In this document: piece after piece, positions 1 through 14,128 of the stretch
Layout of the letters: each line of letters begins with the position of its first letter
Numbering within the stretch: position 1 is the stretch's first letter
NCBI RefSeq assembly: GCF_018977255.1
Contig: NW_024704743.1
Span: 83,826,001 to 83,890,000, forward strand
Source of the DNA: Callorhinchus milii
Taxonomy: Eukaryota
DNA length: 64,000 bases
Direction of reading: 5' to 3'
Program-made: the position numbers and the translations under genes
The notes under the pieces: model-generated
Told to the model about the DNA's origin: nothing
Seen by the model: the letters and a program-made list of their open reading frames with translations, nothing else
The model's database searches: none

Positions 1-2734
1 TGGTATTAAAACCAATTTAAAAATAGCAGGGAGTTGTATCTTTATTTAATATAAGATTACAGAAGTTAATTCAAGGTAATAATCCAACCTCATGGATAAA
101 ATGTTAGTAAGCCATTTGGCCTTTGCTCTCCCAGTTTGTGATTTCAGCTAAGCTCATCGATTGGATTAGTACTTGTAATTCATTCAGACATATCCAGCAG
201 CCTTGATGTTCATACAGAATATTGTCTATGTTGGGCACCACTCTTTTCAATTAAAAACAAGATAGCACAAAGAAGTCAAAGAGTGCCTTTCAAATTAATT
301 TTAAAATGAATTGCAACCCACCTAAGGGGAATTATCTGTCTATTCTGTACTTTTTATATTAAAAGATCAGAAATATTAAACAACTAAACCAAAGTACATT
401 AAATACAACTTTTAATATCACCAAGGTTGATCACCAGGAAAGTAAGTGGTAATGTCGGCACACTTTCCGATTGATTGTTCACAGCATTGCTGGTTTGGAC
501 GTTACCATGGAAATAGTGGCCAGCAACAAATACATAAATGAATCTGCATGATTGCTCAATGTCTTCCTTTGGAATACTGTAATAGCACAAAGTCAGGCAC
601 TGTGAATGCCATTTGATCTATTGGTGGTTCTTCTATTTTTCAAACTTTTAATAACGAGGTCTGATTATTCCAGCCTAGTGGGTCGTCCTATACTATGTTG
701 GCGATTAGAAGACACGCTGACTTGGATTTCTGAAAGACATGTCACTGCAGGTTGTTAACCATTTACAATGGTTTCAATACTCCCTGAATGCTGCAGTGAT
801 CATGGAAACGTTTGCAAAGTGTTTAGTAATTAACATACAACCTCCTCGGTTGTTGCATTTAATATGACATTTATGAGCAAGTATCACTTCGACTCAAGGC
901 AGTCAGTCCACTCTGGCTGTCAAGCTCTGAGTCACACGGAATTGCTCTGCCTTGCTTTAAACAGTAGGAAACTTGTTTCTCTTTCTTTCAAATGAGTGGC
1001 TGTGATTTCAAACTTTGTTTCAGCACAACGCACTTATAGACAAGGTACAGTGTGCTCCAAATGGGGGAAGCTGGAGCTCTTTTTATACAGCCTGACCACT
1101 GAGACTTCACTGCAGCCTGAGATGTAACAATGAGTAACAATGGGAATATAGAAATCGTGTCTCGCATTAAGATTTGTTTTGGTTTGGTTCCTTTTTTGAC
1201 AACAACTTTTTCTTGAGGCATAGGGATGCAGCCCATTCAGGCTCCAATACACTGTACTCTCACCTTTGGGTCAGAAGGTTGTTGATTCAATCCGCAATTG
1301 GGACTTATTCTAGGCTGAAACTTCTTGTGCATTACTGGAGGTTTGCACACAAAACACACACAGTCAAATTACTTTATAAGTTATCTTGTGAAACACTTTA
1401 AAACGTTTCAATGGCCTGGTAAGGCGCTGTTTCAAATTCCAAGATAATTATAATGTTAAGGTGGTTGTCCTTCAGATGTAATGTTAAAAGAGGAGCCCAT
1501 CTGCCTGCACAGGTAAATATTAAAGATATCATGAATCCCATGAAACTGTTTGAAAAGAGAAGGGAATTTCTCCCAATGTTCTACCCAATAACCCTCCAAA
1601 TTAATTAGTCATTTACCTCATGGCTATTTGTAGGATCTTGTGAAATGAGAGGAGTTTGACGTCATAAAACATTATAAATATGGCAATCATTTCCTTATGA
1701 CAATGATCTATAAGCTGACTAATATTCAAATTCAGGCAATTCGTGACAGAGTGAGCTATTTACTGTAACAAATATTGGATTTAAACTATTTCCATTTCCT
1801 GTTATGTGTATTCAACAAGCTGCTGCTTCTGTTGTGCTAAGCATCATGCTTCTTTCCTGAGCTCTCTATGCTTGGTTATCTGATGAGTAGCAAATCATGA
1901 AACAACTAGAAGAGGTCTCAAATGCACTGACAGGATAATTTCCTGGATACTGCAAATATTGTTCCATCAATATTGACAGCATCTTGGAATAATCAGCTCA
2001 ATCTTTGTCAGAATCTTTGATAGTACTAATTCTTGCATTTAATGCAGCACCTTATCACTGCGACAAAATGTTTCAGAACACTTTACAGGATTTATTGTAA
2101 TGTACAATGATTGTGTATTTTGTAGAACATGACAGCCAATGTGCACACAGGAATGTCCCCAAAACAGCCATGAAGTGAATGACCAATTTTATCTGGAAGA
2201 TTGTTGGTTCAGACCCTGGAAGAAACTCCTTTTTCTTTTTGAATAGTGTCATGGGATCTTTAAGATCTACCTGAACTCGGTTTAATATCTTATCTGAAAG
2301 ATAGTTCCTCCAATAATGCAGCACTCCCCCAGCACTGACTTGCAGTGCCAGTCTAAGACTATATAACAATATTATTCCTTGCATTTGATATAGTGCTTTA
2401 TTACGTCTTCAAGGCGTCTCAAAGCACTCATGATAAAAAAAAGTTGCATTTGATATAGCGCTTTGTCACGTTTTTGAAACTTCTCAAAGTACTTCACAGA
2501 ATATACTACAAATTGGAGTGACTGTGAAATGTGGCAGCCAATTGCACACAGCAGGGCTCAAAGTCCTTATGCAGACCCTAAATCCACAAACCTCCTGTCC
2601 TACAGGAGAGAGCGCTACCAACTGATCCAGGTTGACACAAATAAAGTGTGATATTCACTGATCTTTTCTTTAAACTATACATGATATTGAAACTACTAGG
2701 TCCTTGTCAGCAAATTTACGTCTTATAATTTCAC

Positions 2735-2885
2735 TATAAGACCATAAGACGTAGGAGAAGGAGTAGGCCATTTGGCCCTTCAAGGCTGCCCCACCGTTTA
2801 ATAAGATGATGGCTGATTTTCTAACCTAATTCCATTCACCTGTCCTATCCCCAAAGCCCTTAATCCCTCTATCCTTTAGGAGGAT
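2735..2885 (-). mobile_element. CR1 3' UTR fragment
   Basis: cataagacgtaggagaaggagtaggccatttggccc... resembles 47915-48030. Confidence 0.7.
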
Positions 2886-3779
2886 ACCTACTAGTTAGGC
2901 ATTGCTACGTTTATATGTCATTGTCAGTGTTCCTAGCTGCATTGCTTCTAATATCAATCTACAAAAGGCATCCTCAAGACGTATTTTCTTGTTCAGGAGA
3001 TACACAGAACTCACTTGACAGCGCAGCCATCCAGTTTTACTTGTTGAATTATGAGCCCTGGCAGATCATACATTTTAAGTGTTCATATCCTTTTGCGCTG
3101 CAAATTTTTTTTTGTGTGAAATTAGAACAAAAAACACAACATCATCCTCCAGATTCTCATTTTCACCTTAATTTCAAACTTTAAAACTTTTCAATTTCGC
3201 ATCCAAAAGCTAAAGTTCACAGAACATAAGTTCACTTAAGTTTACAAAATGACCAGAAATAATAATGAGATTAAATGAAACCTTTTATGGCAATATTTTT
3301 AAATAAAAAGCTGTTAAGTTACAATGTATGCGTGTGTGTGTAAGAAAAAATGCCCAGCAGTTAATAGCAGTGCAAAGCAAAACGGATTGTTGGTAAAACC
3401 TTCCATTTTTCCTATTGTGTTTAATTCTGTTACTTATCACTTTGAATGTGATAAGTATGTTTGTGTGCATATATACATATATTATATATATAATCTATAA
3501 ATTTATAATATTCATTTAGCATTTCCAATTAAAGGCTGCTTCTTGAATTGGGAAAGGGGTTGGTGGGATTGTTGATATATTCCCATCCTTATTTTGTGGA
3601 GACTAACGTGTGATTTCCTAATGTTTTATTTTCAGCCTGATTACATTGTTTGCATTATGTAAACAGTGCACGCCAGAGAATGGCTCGAAAGGACTGAAGC
3701 TGGGAGTAGCCAAAATTCGCAATAATAATAATGCTTGCATCTGATATAATGCCTTATCACGTCTTCGAGACATCTCAAA

Positions 3780-6020
3780 GGAATGGGTAGAAGGCAGGGG
3801 TGGGAAGTAGGGTGACCGAAGGCACGGTTGAAGAGGAGGCTCTTGAGATGGGTCTTAAAGGAGGCAAGGGAGGGACGAGGCGGGGGACGTGAAGCAAGCT
3901 GGAGCCCATTGAGCGGAGGGAGGGGACAGGTTGCTAACGGGTTAGGAGGTTGCAGAGGTAGGGGGGTGCATACATGTGGAAGTTGACCCCATGTCTGCAG
4001 ATGATGTCACCAAGGGGGAGCATAGCGATATTGAAAAGGAGAGGGCGAAGGACAGAGCCCTGAGGGACGCCTCACATGATGGTGTGGGGGCTACAGGAGA
4101 AGCCATTAGTGGTGACAAAGTGGAGACGGTGGGAGAGGTAGGATTCAAACCAGGCAAGGGCAGGTGCTTGAAAATTGAGCTGAGAGGAGAGGCGGTGTAG
4201 AAGGATAGAGTGGTCAACACTGTCGAAGGCAGTAAAGAGGTCGAGGGAGACAAGGAGGCAGAGAGATCCCTGGTTGTAGATGTTCAGAATGTCATTGGTG
4301 ACTTTGGCTAGGGCTGTTTCCATGCTGTGGGCAGCACGGAAACCCGATTGGAGGGGTTCAGAGAGGGAATGGCGAGAGAGGAAAGAGTGAAGCTGGGATG
4401 TGATGACTCGTTCCCGAGCCTTGGAGAGGAATGGGAGGTTGGAGATGGGGCAATAGTTGGAGAGTAGGGATGGGTCCAGGGAAGGTTTTTGAGGATGGGG
4501 GGTGATGACAACTGTTTTTAGGGGGTAGGGAACAGCCAATGGATAAGGAGAGGTTGAGATGTCAGTTAAAAGAGGAGGCAGGAGGTGGAGGTGAGGAGAG
4601 GAATGGGGATGGGGTTGAGGAAACAAGTAGTGGGTTTCATTTTTGAAATGATGGAGGTGGCAGAAGAGGGGGAGACAGGGTTGACGTTATGCAGGGAGGG
4701 ATGGGTGGGGGCTGGGGTGTGAGAGGGAGGTGGTGAGGAGGAAGCAGTGGACGGGAGAGAGGTAGCTGTACGAATCACCTCGATTTGGGATTTGAGAAAG
4801 TCGAACATCTCCTTGAAATTGGAATTGGAGGAGAGGATGGATGAGGCACGGGAAGGTAGGCGAAGGAGGCGGTTAGTGGTGGAGAAGAGGAGCCTGGGAT
4901 TGTCCTTGGCCTCCAACATTATCTTGGAGTAAAAGGATGATTTAGCAGAGGTGAGGGCGAAGTGATAATTCTTGGTGTGGTCAAGCCAGATCTTCCAATG
5001 AACTGTTAGGTTTGATTTAGTCCAGGTGAATTCGGTGGTGGGCACCTGTGCTTTGAGGGATTGGAGATGGCTGGTGTACCAGGGGGATTTACAGAATTAT
5101 GAGATGGTTCGGGAAGTGAAGGGGGCAAGGGAGTCCAGGATGGAGGAGAAAGAGATGTGGATAAGAGAGATTGAGAAGGGTAGGTCATTGTGAGTGGAGG
5201 GCCAGAAAGAAAGGAGTTTGGGTGACTCCAGGGCAATGGAGAGGGAGTGGAGGGAGATTTTGTTCCAGGGGCACTAGGTGATAGAAGTGGATTTAGTAGG
5301 GGGAAGGGGTACGGAGGTGTTAACAGAGATGAAGTGGTGGTCCGAGATGGCTTTATCAACGATGGTGATGTCTGAGACAGTGAGGTCCCGGGTGATCACC
5401 AGGTCGAGGGAGTGACCGTGGACATGGGTGGCGGAGTGGATATGGAGGGAGACGAGGGATGAGTAGTCAGCAGAGGTAGAGCAGGAAGGGGTGAAATGGA
5501 GGTTGAAGTCACCTAGGATGAGGAGGCGTTCGGAGCAGAGTGGGAGTGAAGCTAGGAGGGAGGAGATGTTGGAGAGGAATGTGCGGGAGGGCTTGGGGCG
5601 GCGATAAATAAGGAGAGTTTTGAAGGAAAGGTTGGAGGGGTGGTAAAGGGTAAGGTTCTCTAAGTAAGGAACTGTCAGGTTTTGAATGTACAGACGAGGA
5701 TCTTGAACTCGATCCACTGAAGATGGGGAGACAGTGGAGCAGAACAAGGATGGGGTTAATAGGTTTGCAGAGTCTGATACAGGAGAGGATATGAACTGCA
5801 GAGTTCTGGATAGTCCACAGCCTGTGCAAGGAAGAGGTAGGAAGTGACATAATCAATCCTGCGTATAATAAAGCAGTGGATGAGGGTCTTGGTGGCTCTG
5901 AGGGAGAGGTAGTAGTCGAGGCGTGTAATTTTGCAGAGGTGAGGGAAAGCTGAGTGAGTGAGAGCACAGTTGTGGGGTTTGAATGACAGCGAGGTTACAG
6001 ACTGGCTCCACAAGATGGAG
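3780..6020 (-). mobile_element. Degraded L2 LINE (endonuclease and RT fragments)
   Basis: ORF pieces LLIYRRP...LLILGDFNLH...HGHSLDLVITR (AP endonuclease) and [13 protein letters not shown]...LQSGFRAAHSMETAL...LDLFTAFDSVDH (RT), with frameshifts and deletions. Confidence 0.9.
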
Positions 6021-6180
6021 TGCGGAACTGACAGAGAATAGAATTGTTCCAGATGAGATCACCTCATTCATTAATCTGCCAACACTCACTGTCTGATTTT
6101 ACACATCATACTTTGTAGTAATGAAAAATATTATTATAAATCTGTATCATTCCTTTTGCATTGGCCTTTGTGTGTTAGGA

Positions 6181-6595
6181 TGAGCTCAGTGGCTCAGCTC
6201 TTGCCTCTGAGCCAGAAGGTTGTGTCTTCAAGTTCCATGTCGGGGCTTGAAATCTACATAGTCTATGCTGATACTCCAATGCAATGTTGGAGGTGCAGTC
6301 ATTCAGATGAAACGTTAAACTGAGGTGCTGTCTGCCTGTTCAGGTGGATATTAAAGATTCCATGGCAGTATTAGAAAAGAAAAGATAGTTTCTCCTGGTG
6401 TCCTGGCCAAGATTCTCCTAAATAAAAATTGGTCATTTACTTCATGACTGTTTCTAGGTCATTGCTATCCGTAAATTGGCTGCCACATTTGCCCACAAAA
6501 TAATCAATCACACCACTTTACAGTATATTCGTGAAGCGCTTTGAGATGTCTTGGTAGCATGTTAAAACTATATCAAATGTAAGGATTGTTACTAT
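6181..6595 (+). mobile_element. Old DeuSINE (SacSINE1/AmnSINE1-like)
   Basis: tRNA-like head followed by a Deu-like core (cagatgaaacgttaaactgagg...tctgcctgttcaggtggatattaaagattccatggca...ctcctggtgtcctggccaa) and the shared tail. Similar relics at about 1455-1640(+), 2040-2360(-), 9192-9615(+), 10485-10830(-), 21370-21670(+), 22845-23175(-), 38790-39068(+) and 40185-40430(-). Confidence 0.75.
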
Positions 6596-9191
6596 CATGG
6601 TGTTAATATTAATATTATTAATAGCCTTTTAAAATGGACAGATGCCACTTAAAGGTAAGGTTAACACTGGAAAAATGTTACTAATGGGAATTACTATAAC
6701 AGGGTATCTATTGGTTTGTCTAGAGAAGAATTTTTCAAACTATTCATGCAATCCTTAATAATCCTTAATTTGAAACCGAGATATTCAAAATATTCATATA
6801 ATAATTATCTTCAATTTGAGACAGATCTCATTTGTCTAATAATAATCTGTCATGTCAGCAGGAGTTCAAAGCACTTCACAGGATTAAAGTGTCGTGACTG
6901 TGTCTTCTGAAGGCAAATAGTGGGTTTTACAGGTGAATGCAATAAACTATGACGGACTGTACATTTAAGATACATTTTGCTTCACAACAATGAGGCACAG
7001 ACATTAAAATATATGAAAAACATTGAACAGTGCAGATAGCTCACATTAGATTTTAAAAGTCACTGATGGCTTGGGATTGGTATCTACTTTGTTGCTGATT
7101 CTTTCAAGCCACCCATTGACACATTCAACAGTCAGTCATAGTATTTACAAACATGACAGAATAAATAAAGCAGTGACAGCCAATTTTGAATTTAAACCGA
7201 TGATGTCTATGTTTAATTTCCAAAGAGATGTCATTGAAATAAATCTCCATTCAGCCTAGTGACTCTGATCCTCTCCTTTTCAGAAAAAATATAATTTCCA
7301 CCAACAAACCAAGCATTCAGAATCAGCTTCCTGCCATGTTTGTTTTTAAATTATTTGTTGGTTTATTACGATGTGCTGCCACTGAATGGTCACATTCACT
7401 TTTGGTCAGAACTTTTCAAGGACCTGAGAGTTTTATTTGTGCTTTAGTAGGCATGGCTACTATTGGCATGATGAACAATCTCAAAATAGGTGAAGCAGAT
7501 GAAAGCAGTTTGTATCTTGAGGATTGAGATTGTGACAGAGCACAAGAGCATGTTGAAATCATTGGACAGCAATAAAGCTGCATATTCAAAGTTAGCTAAG
7601 TTACTACAGCTTCCAGTGAAAGGCGCCTATTATGATGGTTTATAGCTCATTTAAAATTTGCAACCTAATGAAGCCATGTGAGAAGAAGTTCTCATTTCAA
7701 CTTAAATGTAATGTAGTTAGCAAAGGTGATTTATTTGTTTTCAACAGTCGGGTTCTGTATAAATCTCCATTATTCATTTCATTCATGCAAATTGGATGTT
7801 CACCCTCCCACTTCTTTAAAAAACAACAGTAGGTGTGAAAGTTTTGAAATTGCAGGTTCTTTAAGATTGACTTCTAGGCGTTAAATAACTCAGAATCATG
7901 ACTCTATTTGAAAAGAGAAGCGAGTTGGGCAAAAACTCCCCACAAATAAAACAGCTTATTCACTACATTACTGTGTGCAAATTGGCTGCTGGTTTCCCTA
8001 TAAAATAGTCACTACATTTTGCAAGTAAATCCTATGAAACATTTTGAGACGTCTTCCCAATGTGAAAGATGGTATATCAAATGCAAGGATTATTATTATT
8101 ATAATGTCTATTTAGAGTAATTAACAAGGTGAGAAACTAATACCTATATTCCATGTCATTCAGACATTTGACTTGAATGACGGATTTCCTCCAAAGGCAA
8201 TGAGGCATCTAATAGATTCCTTTTGTTTGCAGGTGACTGCTTTGCAATGTACCAGCGATACAAATGAACGTTTAAACAGGCATCAGAATCTGCATACAAA
8301 TCTGATCTGCGGCTTACACATCCATCATGTTTACCTTGGACCACTTTTTTCAAGCCAGGAGTTATAGAGGACAAAATATCACTGGCCATGAATTTCACAA
8401 TAATACAACAATTTTGGTTTGCGAATATTACACCCTATTTAGTATTCCCTTCTCTCATCTTGGAAACTGCCCCTTAAATTACAGTTAATTTGTAGCACAG
8501 AATATTCTTGTAGCAATGAAACATAAATGGATCCGGGATATATATGTCTTGTCCCTAGGTTTTCAGTAGTGTGTGTGTGTGTCAGCATACTGACAAATGT
8601 AATGTTTTTCAACAAATGTACAATTTTGAAAACTCTTAATAGAAGTACTGTACCATTCTGGTCAGATGCAAAGCAATATTTAGCATACAACATGACTTCC
8701 ATTCCTCAGAGCTCAGTTTTGTCAACCTCAACAGCAACACTGGATGTGAGCGGAGTACCAATTATTATTGATACATCCGGGCACAATTTGCTGTGGACTG
8801 ATAGGCAGATGATCTAAAGTTATGATAGAAGTTTTCAGCCAAATTTCACTTTCACACATGTCAACAAAATAACTTTCAACTATTACCTCCTGCTTTGAAA
8901 TCTATGTTTTATTCTCAGGGAGGTGTGAAAGGAACAATTACTGTCCAACACTCTTTTGAAAGTGTTATTTGTGGCAGAGATTGTATTTTTAACACAAAAA
9001 TGAGCAGGATATCCTGCGGGTTTACTGTTACAAAGAAAAATAGTTGACACAATAATTTTGCTAATTTTATCACTTCAAGGGATCTTAATTTATGATTTCT
9101 ATTCACCCAAGGGCAAGATTGTGCTGCATTTGCCTTGAGATAAAAACAATTGCAGTGTAATTTGTGAAATTCTTATTGTAATGAGGAAAAT

Positions 9192-9615
9192 ATGCTCAGT
9201 TGGTAGCGTTTCCTCCTCTGAGTCTGAGGGTTTTGGGTTCATGCACCAATTTGGGTCTTTGAACTCACATAAGCTACACAGAACTCCAATACAGTGCTGG
9301 GGGTGAGCAGATTGTTGGAAATGCCATCCTTGGGATGAGGTGTAAAATAGAGTTCCCATGTGCCTGTTCAGGTGGACGTTAAAGATCCCATAACACTACC
9401 TGAAGGAAGTTTCTCTCAGTGTCCTGGCCAATAATTTCATGGAAAAAAATGGTGATTCACTTTGTGGATGTTTATAGGAAATTGCTGCGCTCAAATCGGC
9501 AGCCACATTCGTCAACAGAATGCCAGTCTCCACATTTTACAATAAATCCTGTGAAGAGCTTTGAGATGTCCTTGTGATGTGAAAAGTGTTTTATTGAATG
9601 CCATGATTATTATCT
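9192..9615 (+). mobile_element. Old DeuSINE copy
   Basis: gctcagttggtagc head, gcctgttcaggtggacgttaaagatccca core and SINE tail. Confidence 0.75.
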
Positions 9616-10830
9616 CTTCTTTCCCACCAGAACCTTTAGTTTATCTGATGATGCTGGTTGTGGGAAATTCACAGAGCAGCTCCAGAAAGAAAGAGGCCTG
9701 AAATTTCTCAGATCTTAACCTTCAGATCATTGCCTTAAAATTCTCAAATTCAGTGTTAATTTGGTTTTACATAGTACAAGAAAGAAGTGCAGGAAAAACA
9801 GTTTTCAAAGCGATGCTGATTTTAAGATTATTTTCTAAAATTCCGCTATCTTAAATTTTAAGAGAATGATCTTGAGCCTGAGAACATGAAACATTCAAGA
9901 GCTCATGAAATTGTCATTCAGGATTAGACTGGATTTGGAGACTGAGCAGTAAAAGGTCAGCAGTGAGTGGATCATCAGCAACATCCGACTTCAATACTGC
10001 TTTGTATCAAACAAATGTTGACTTTTCCAAGCTTGTGCATTTGAGAGTAACTTTCAGTTTGTAACTTGTGTCAACAGTAATTGTTATACTTGTCTACAAC
10101 AGTCAGTTCAAATTTTCTCTTGTAAAATTATCTATGTAATTCAGGAGTATCATGTTTAGAAATTTGTTTCTAAACTGAATCTCTCTGTTAATTTCAATGC
10201 TTTTGTGTTCAATGATTTTTAGATTGATTTTTTTTCCACTCACAGTGATGCATGAAGTATCACGTGGAACAGTTGTTTCCTTTTCAGGTAACCTGAACGT
10301 AATGCAAAGAAGTAGTCTGAAACTGTACTTCATTGTACACAGAACACAACAGTTGAGCATAACTGTGTGAGCACCTCAACAATGAAGGAAATTCATTACT
10401 TTTCTAGCTAGAAACCTGTAGTGACCAAAATTCTAAACTCACTTTAGGCTATTGACTATCAATAATAGTGTGTACCCTTTGTAATAATAATAAAATAATA
10501 ATCCTTGCATTTGATAGAGCGACTTATCCCGTTGTCGAGACGTCTCAAAGTGCTTCACAGCAAATACTGTAAAGTGGATTGACTTTGTATTTTGTGGGCA
10601 AAACACAGCAGCCAGTTTGCGCACAGCAATGGAGTGAGTTGCCCAATTTTATTTGGGGGATTTGTTAGCTAGGACACCGGGAAAATGTCCCTTCTCTTTT
10701 TTCATATTGCCATGGGATCTTTAACATCCATCTGAACAGGCAGATGGGACCTCGGTTTAACATCTAATCTGAAGGACAGCATCTCCTACAACTTGAGTGT
10801 ATTCTTAGACTATGTGATTCTGAGTCCCGA

Positions 10831-11077
10831 CATAGATTCATAGATTCATAGAATGTTACAGCACAGAAGGAGGCCATTCGGCCCATCGAGTCTGTGCCGG
10901 CTCTTTGACAGAGCAAGTCACTTTCACTAACCCCAATCACCAGCTTTCTCCCTATAACCCTGCAAGTCTGTCTTCCCCAGATACCTATCCAGTTCTCCCT
11001 TAAAAGCTGTTACCAAATCGGACTTCACTACCCTTTCAGGCGGATCATTCCAAATTCGAACAACTCGCTGAGTGAAA
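10831..11077 (-). mobile_element. CR1 3' fragment of the same subfamily as 60640-63236
   Basis: (CATAGATT)n tail and a 3' UTR matching the reverse complement of ~62990-63236. Confidence 0.87.
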
Positions 11078-11733
11078 GCTTGAACTATGACTGATAGTAG
11101 GGCTTGAACTATGACTGATCTCCTGTCAAATCAATGTCTGTGTCTATCAATCAGTTCCTCATTTCATCATCATTTCCTCTGACTTTATATTTACCTCCCG
11201 CAACACCTTCATTGATAAAGCTGCCTCCAGGACCATTGGTTTCCTCTTTTGTGGAAACTTCTCCCCTCAACAACTCTCAGCTCTGTATCAAATTTAACTC
11301 TCTATAGACAGAACTGGTTTACCCAAATCTTGACTATTTTCTGTACACATCTGAAAGACTTGTCTAGGCCTCTAGACAGTAAACAAATACAGTCTGATTT
11401 GTGATCCTTCCCTTGACTAGAGTGCATTTTCTCTCTTTCTCTGTCATGCATTTTCTTTTATCTTTCTGCTTTTTGTCAATACCACTAAGGTCATTGCTCC
11501 TTTGAACTTTCTTCTTAAGCTCCATAAACCTTGTCCTACAAGCCTTTTCCCTCGCCATATCCTCACTGTGTTATAATTAAAACTCATGTCAAAATTCTTT
11601 TCTGTAGTAAGGTGATTGTAATGCTAGTCAGTCATGTTGTGTGGTAACAAACAAATTCTTACAAAATTATAGGAATCTTCATTATCGCCACCAATTGCTG
11701 CTTTGTGAATATTCTCTCAAACCAACAACATAT

Positions 11734-12058
11734 GGAGTCCTGTAGCTCAGTGGTTAGAGCACTCGCTTTGCAAGCGAGAGACCTGAGTTCAATTCCAGAC
11801 AGGGCGAAACCTTGGGCAAGTTTCCTTACTCCACACACCTAATAATAATCCCTCCAAAACTAAAAACAATAATTAAATTGGTCATTTTCAATCTACGACT
11901 GTTTGTGGGACATTGCTGTGCGCAATTGGCTGCCGCGTTCGCCCACAAATATGCAGTCAATTCACTTTACAGTGTGTTCTGTGAAGCGCTTTGGGACGTC
12001 CTCCAGACGTGAAAAGCGCTATATCAAATGCAAGGATTATTATTATTATTATTATTAT
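11734..12058 (+). mobile_element. Full-length young tRNA-derived SINE
   Basis: tRNA-like head (tagctcagtggttagagc A box, TGC-like anticodon, gagttcaattcc B box), body, 3' hairpin and (TTA)n tail. Confidence 0.9.
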
Positions 12059-13794
12059 ATCCACTCCTAGATTATGAAGACATTTTGCCATTTACCATAT
12101 GCCTCTGGGTTTCAGAAAATAAGTCACATATAAAAATACAATTGAACCAGAAGTCAATTTATTGATCAGAGAAGAATTAATAACAGTTACAAATATATAA
12201 TTCACTAGCACTGTATTCGGTTACCAACAATGAAAGCAACTGACTTAGCGATAACCATATATTCAGAAAGTTCAGTCAAAAGCATTGCAGTCCTTTGAAA
12301 TGAATTGGCTTCTTTAAGCCTCCATAGTCGTCTGTGTTCAACCAAGCGATGTAGTTCATGTCAATCATAAATTCTGTACACTCAGGAGCTTATATCAAAT
12401 CAATTGACTTAATTTCTAGTTTGCTTAAAGGATGGAGTTTTCCACAACTATCTCTTAAATCTCCCCTTTCAATTTCAATATGACTTCTGATTCGAACACA
12501 TTTCAAGTAAATCCTCTTGTAAACCCTCCGAGTAAACACCATTGTGTTTACTATACTATAGAGCAACTTCTTGTTTCAAATTGTAAAAAGTCACATTGAA
12601 AAAAAATCTCAAACGTTTACAGACAAATCCACTTCATCATCCAATAAGCCTGTCTTACGATGTCCCTTTCACATCACCAGTGCATTGCAATCATCTGGGT
12701 TAGAAAGCTAGGCTTAAACTGATTCACATCACTCCTTTACAAAATCTGTGTTAATAAAGTAGAAACAAGCAAATCCTGTTCACCTCGTAACCTCAAGTGT
12801 CTGCAGAAACAATTTACATTTATATGCCACGTTTCACATTGGGAAGATGTCACAAAGTACCTTGACAATGCTGGCTGGGCACCTCAGCTGGGGAGTGAGG
12901 GTGGGGGGAGCCAACTGGTGAGAGGGGAAAGATGACAGAAAAAGCATATCTGTTTGTCTGAATGGGCTCTTTGATGGCAATATTTTTTTTTAGCTCTGCA
13001 GAAGGTTAATAACAAGGTTACAGTGTAAGCGATCAAAGAGAAAAATACACAAACCGTCATATTTTTTGTTGTGGACCCAGCTGGCGTAGGAACCAGACCA
13101 CCACAAAGGGTTGACTCGATTCTGACATTCTGTTGTCAAGCCCATTACCTTGGAGCCAGTTCAGCTTCACAGAGATGCTGCTTACCTCCCCACCAAGGAG
13201 GAGAATCACAGGGACAGTTAGAGAAGCAGATAAGAGTTAGGGAGAGAGGCAGTGTATGCATGTCCTGCAGTCTACTTCATTTCTGGTTTGCTTAAAGGAT
13301 GGAGTTTTCCACAACTATCTCTCAAATGTTCACAACTATTCACTGCATGGGAGATAGTGGGGCATTGCTGCATGCAACTCGATGCTGCGTTTCGCCCACA
13401 AAATACACAGTCACTCCACTTTACAGCATATTCTGTGAAGCGCTTTGAGATGTCTCAACGACGTGATAAGGCGCTAAATCAAATGCAAATGTGACTAGTC
13501 CCATTTCAAATGTAATATGACTTTTGAACTGATCACATCCTGTTGTAGATACCCCAAGTAAACACTGTTATGCATTAAGTCATTAAATATGACTCCTGTA
13601 ACTATCTGTGTGTATGTATGTGTGCGTGTGTAATATGATAGTTAGGGGAGATAGAGATGCACTCGCTATTTGCACCCTTTTCGTGTCTGCAATGGAGACT
13701 AATTCTAAGTAATGTGACTATCAGTCCCTCCACTATAGAGACAATCATTTAAAAAAAGTCAAACCACAGAATTTCAAGTGTATCGCACATATTT

Positions 13795-14097
13795 GGAGTC
13801 CTGTAGCTCAGTGGTTAGAGCACTCGTTTTGCAAGCGAGAGACCTGAGTTCAATTCCAGGCAGAGGGTGAAACCTTGGGCAAGTTTCCTTACTCCACACA
13901 CCTAATAATAATCCCTCCAAAACCAAAAACAATAATAAATTGGTCATTTTCAATCTACGACTGTTTGTGGGACATTGCTGTGCGCAATTGGCTGCCGCGT
14001 TCGCCCACAAATATACAGTCAATTCACTTTACAGTGTGTTCTGTGAAGCGCTTTGGGACGTCCTCCCGACGTGAAAAGCGCTATATCAAATGCGAGG

Positions 14098-14128
<31 letters not shown>
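13795..14128 (+). mobile_element. Full-length young tRNA-derived SINE
   Basis: Near-identical to 11734-12058. Confidence 0.9.

Noticed and set aside
8219..8367. Acceptor-like ccttttgtttgcag followed by short ORFs, a possible neighbouring-gene exon
   Set aside because: No recognisable peptide in any frame and no partner exons. I also found no MBP/Golli-like exon upstream of GALR1 in this window.
11734..11810. tRNA-Ala-like gene
   Set aside because: It is the head of a SINE, continuous with the body and tail in many copies.
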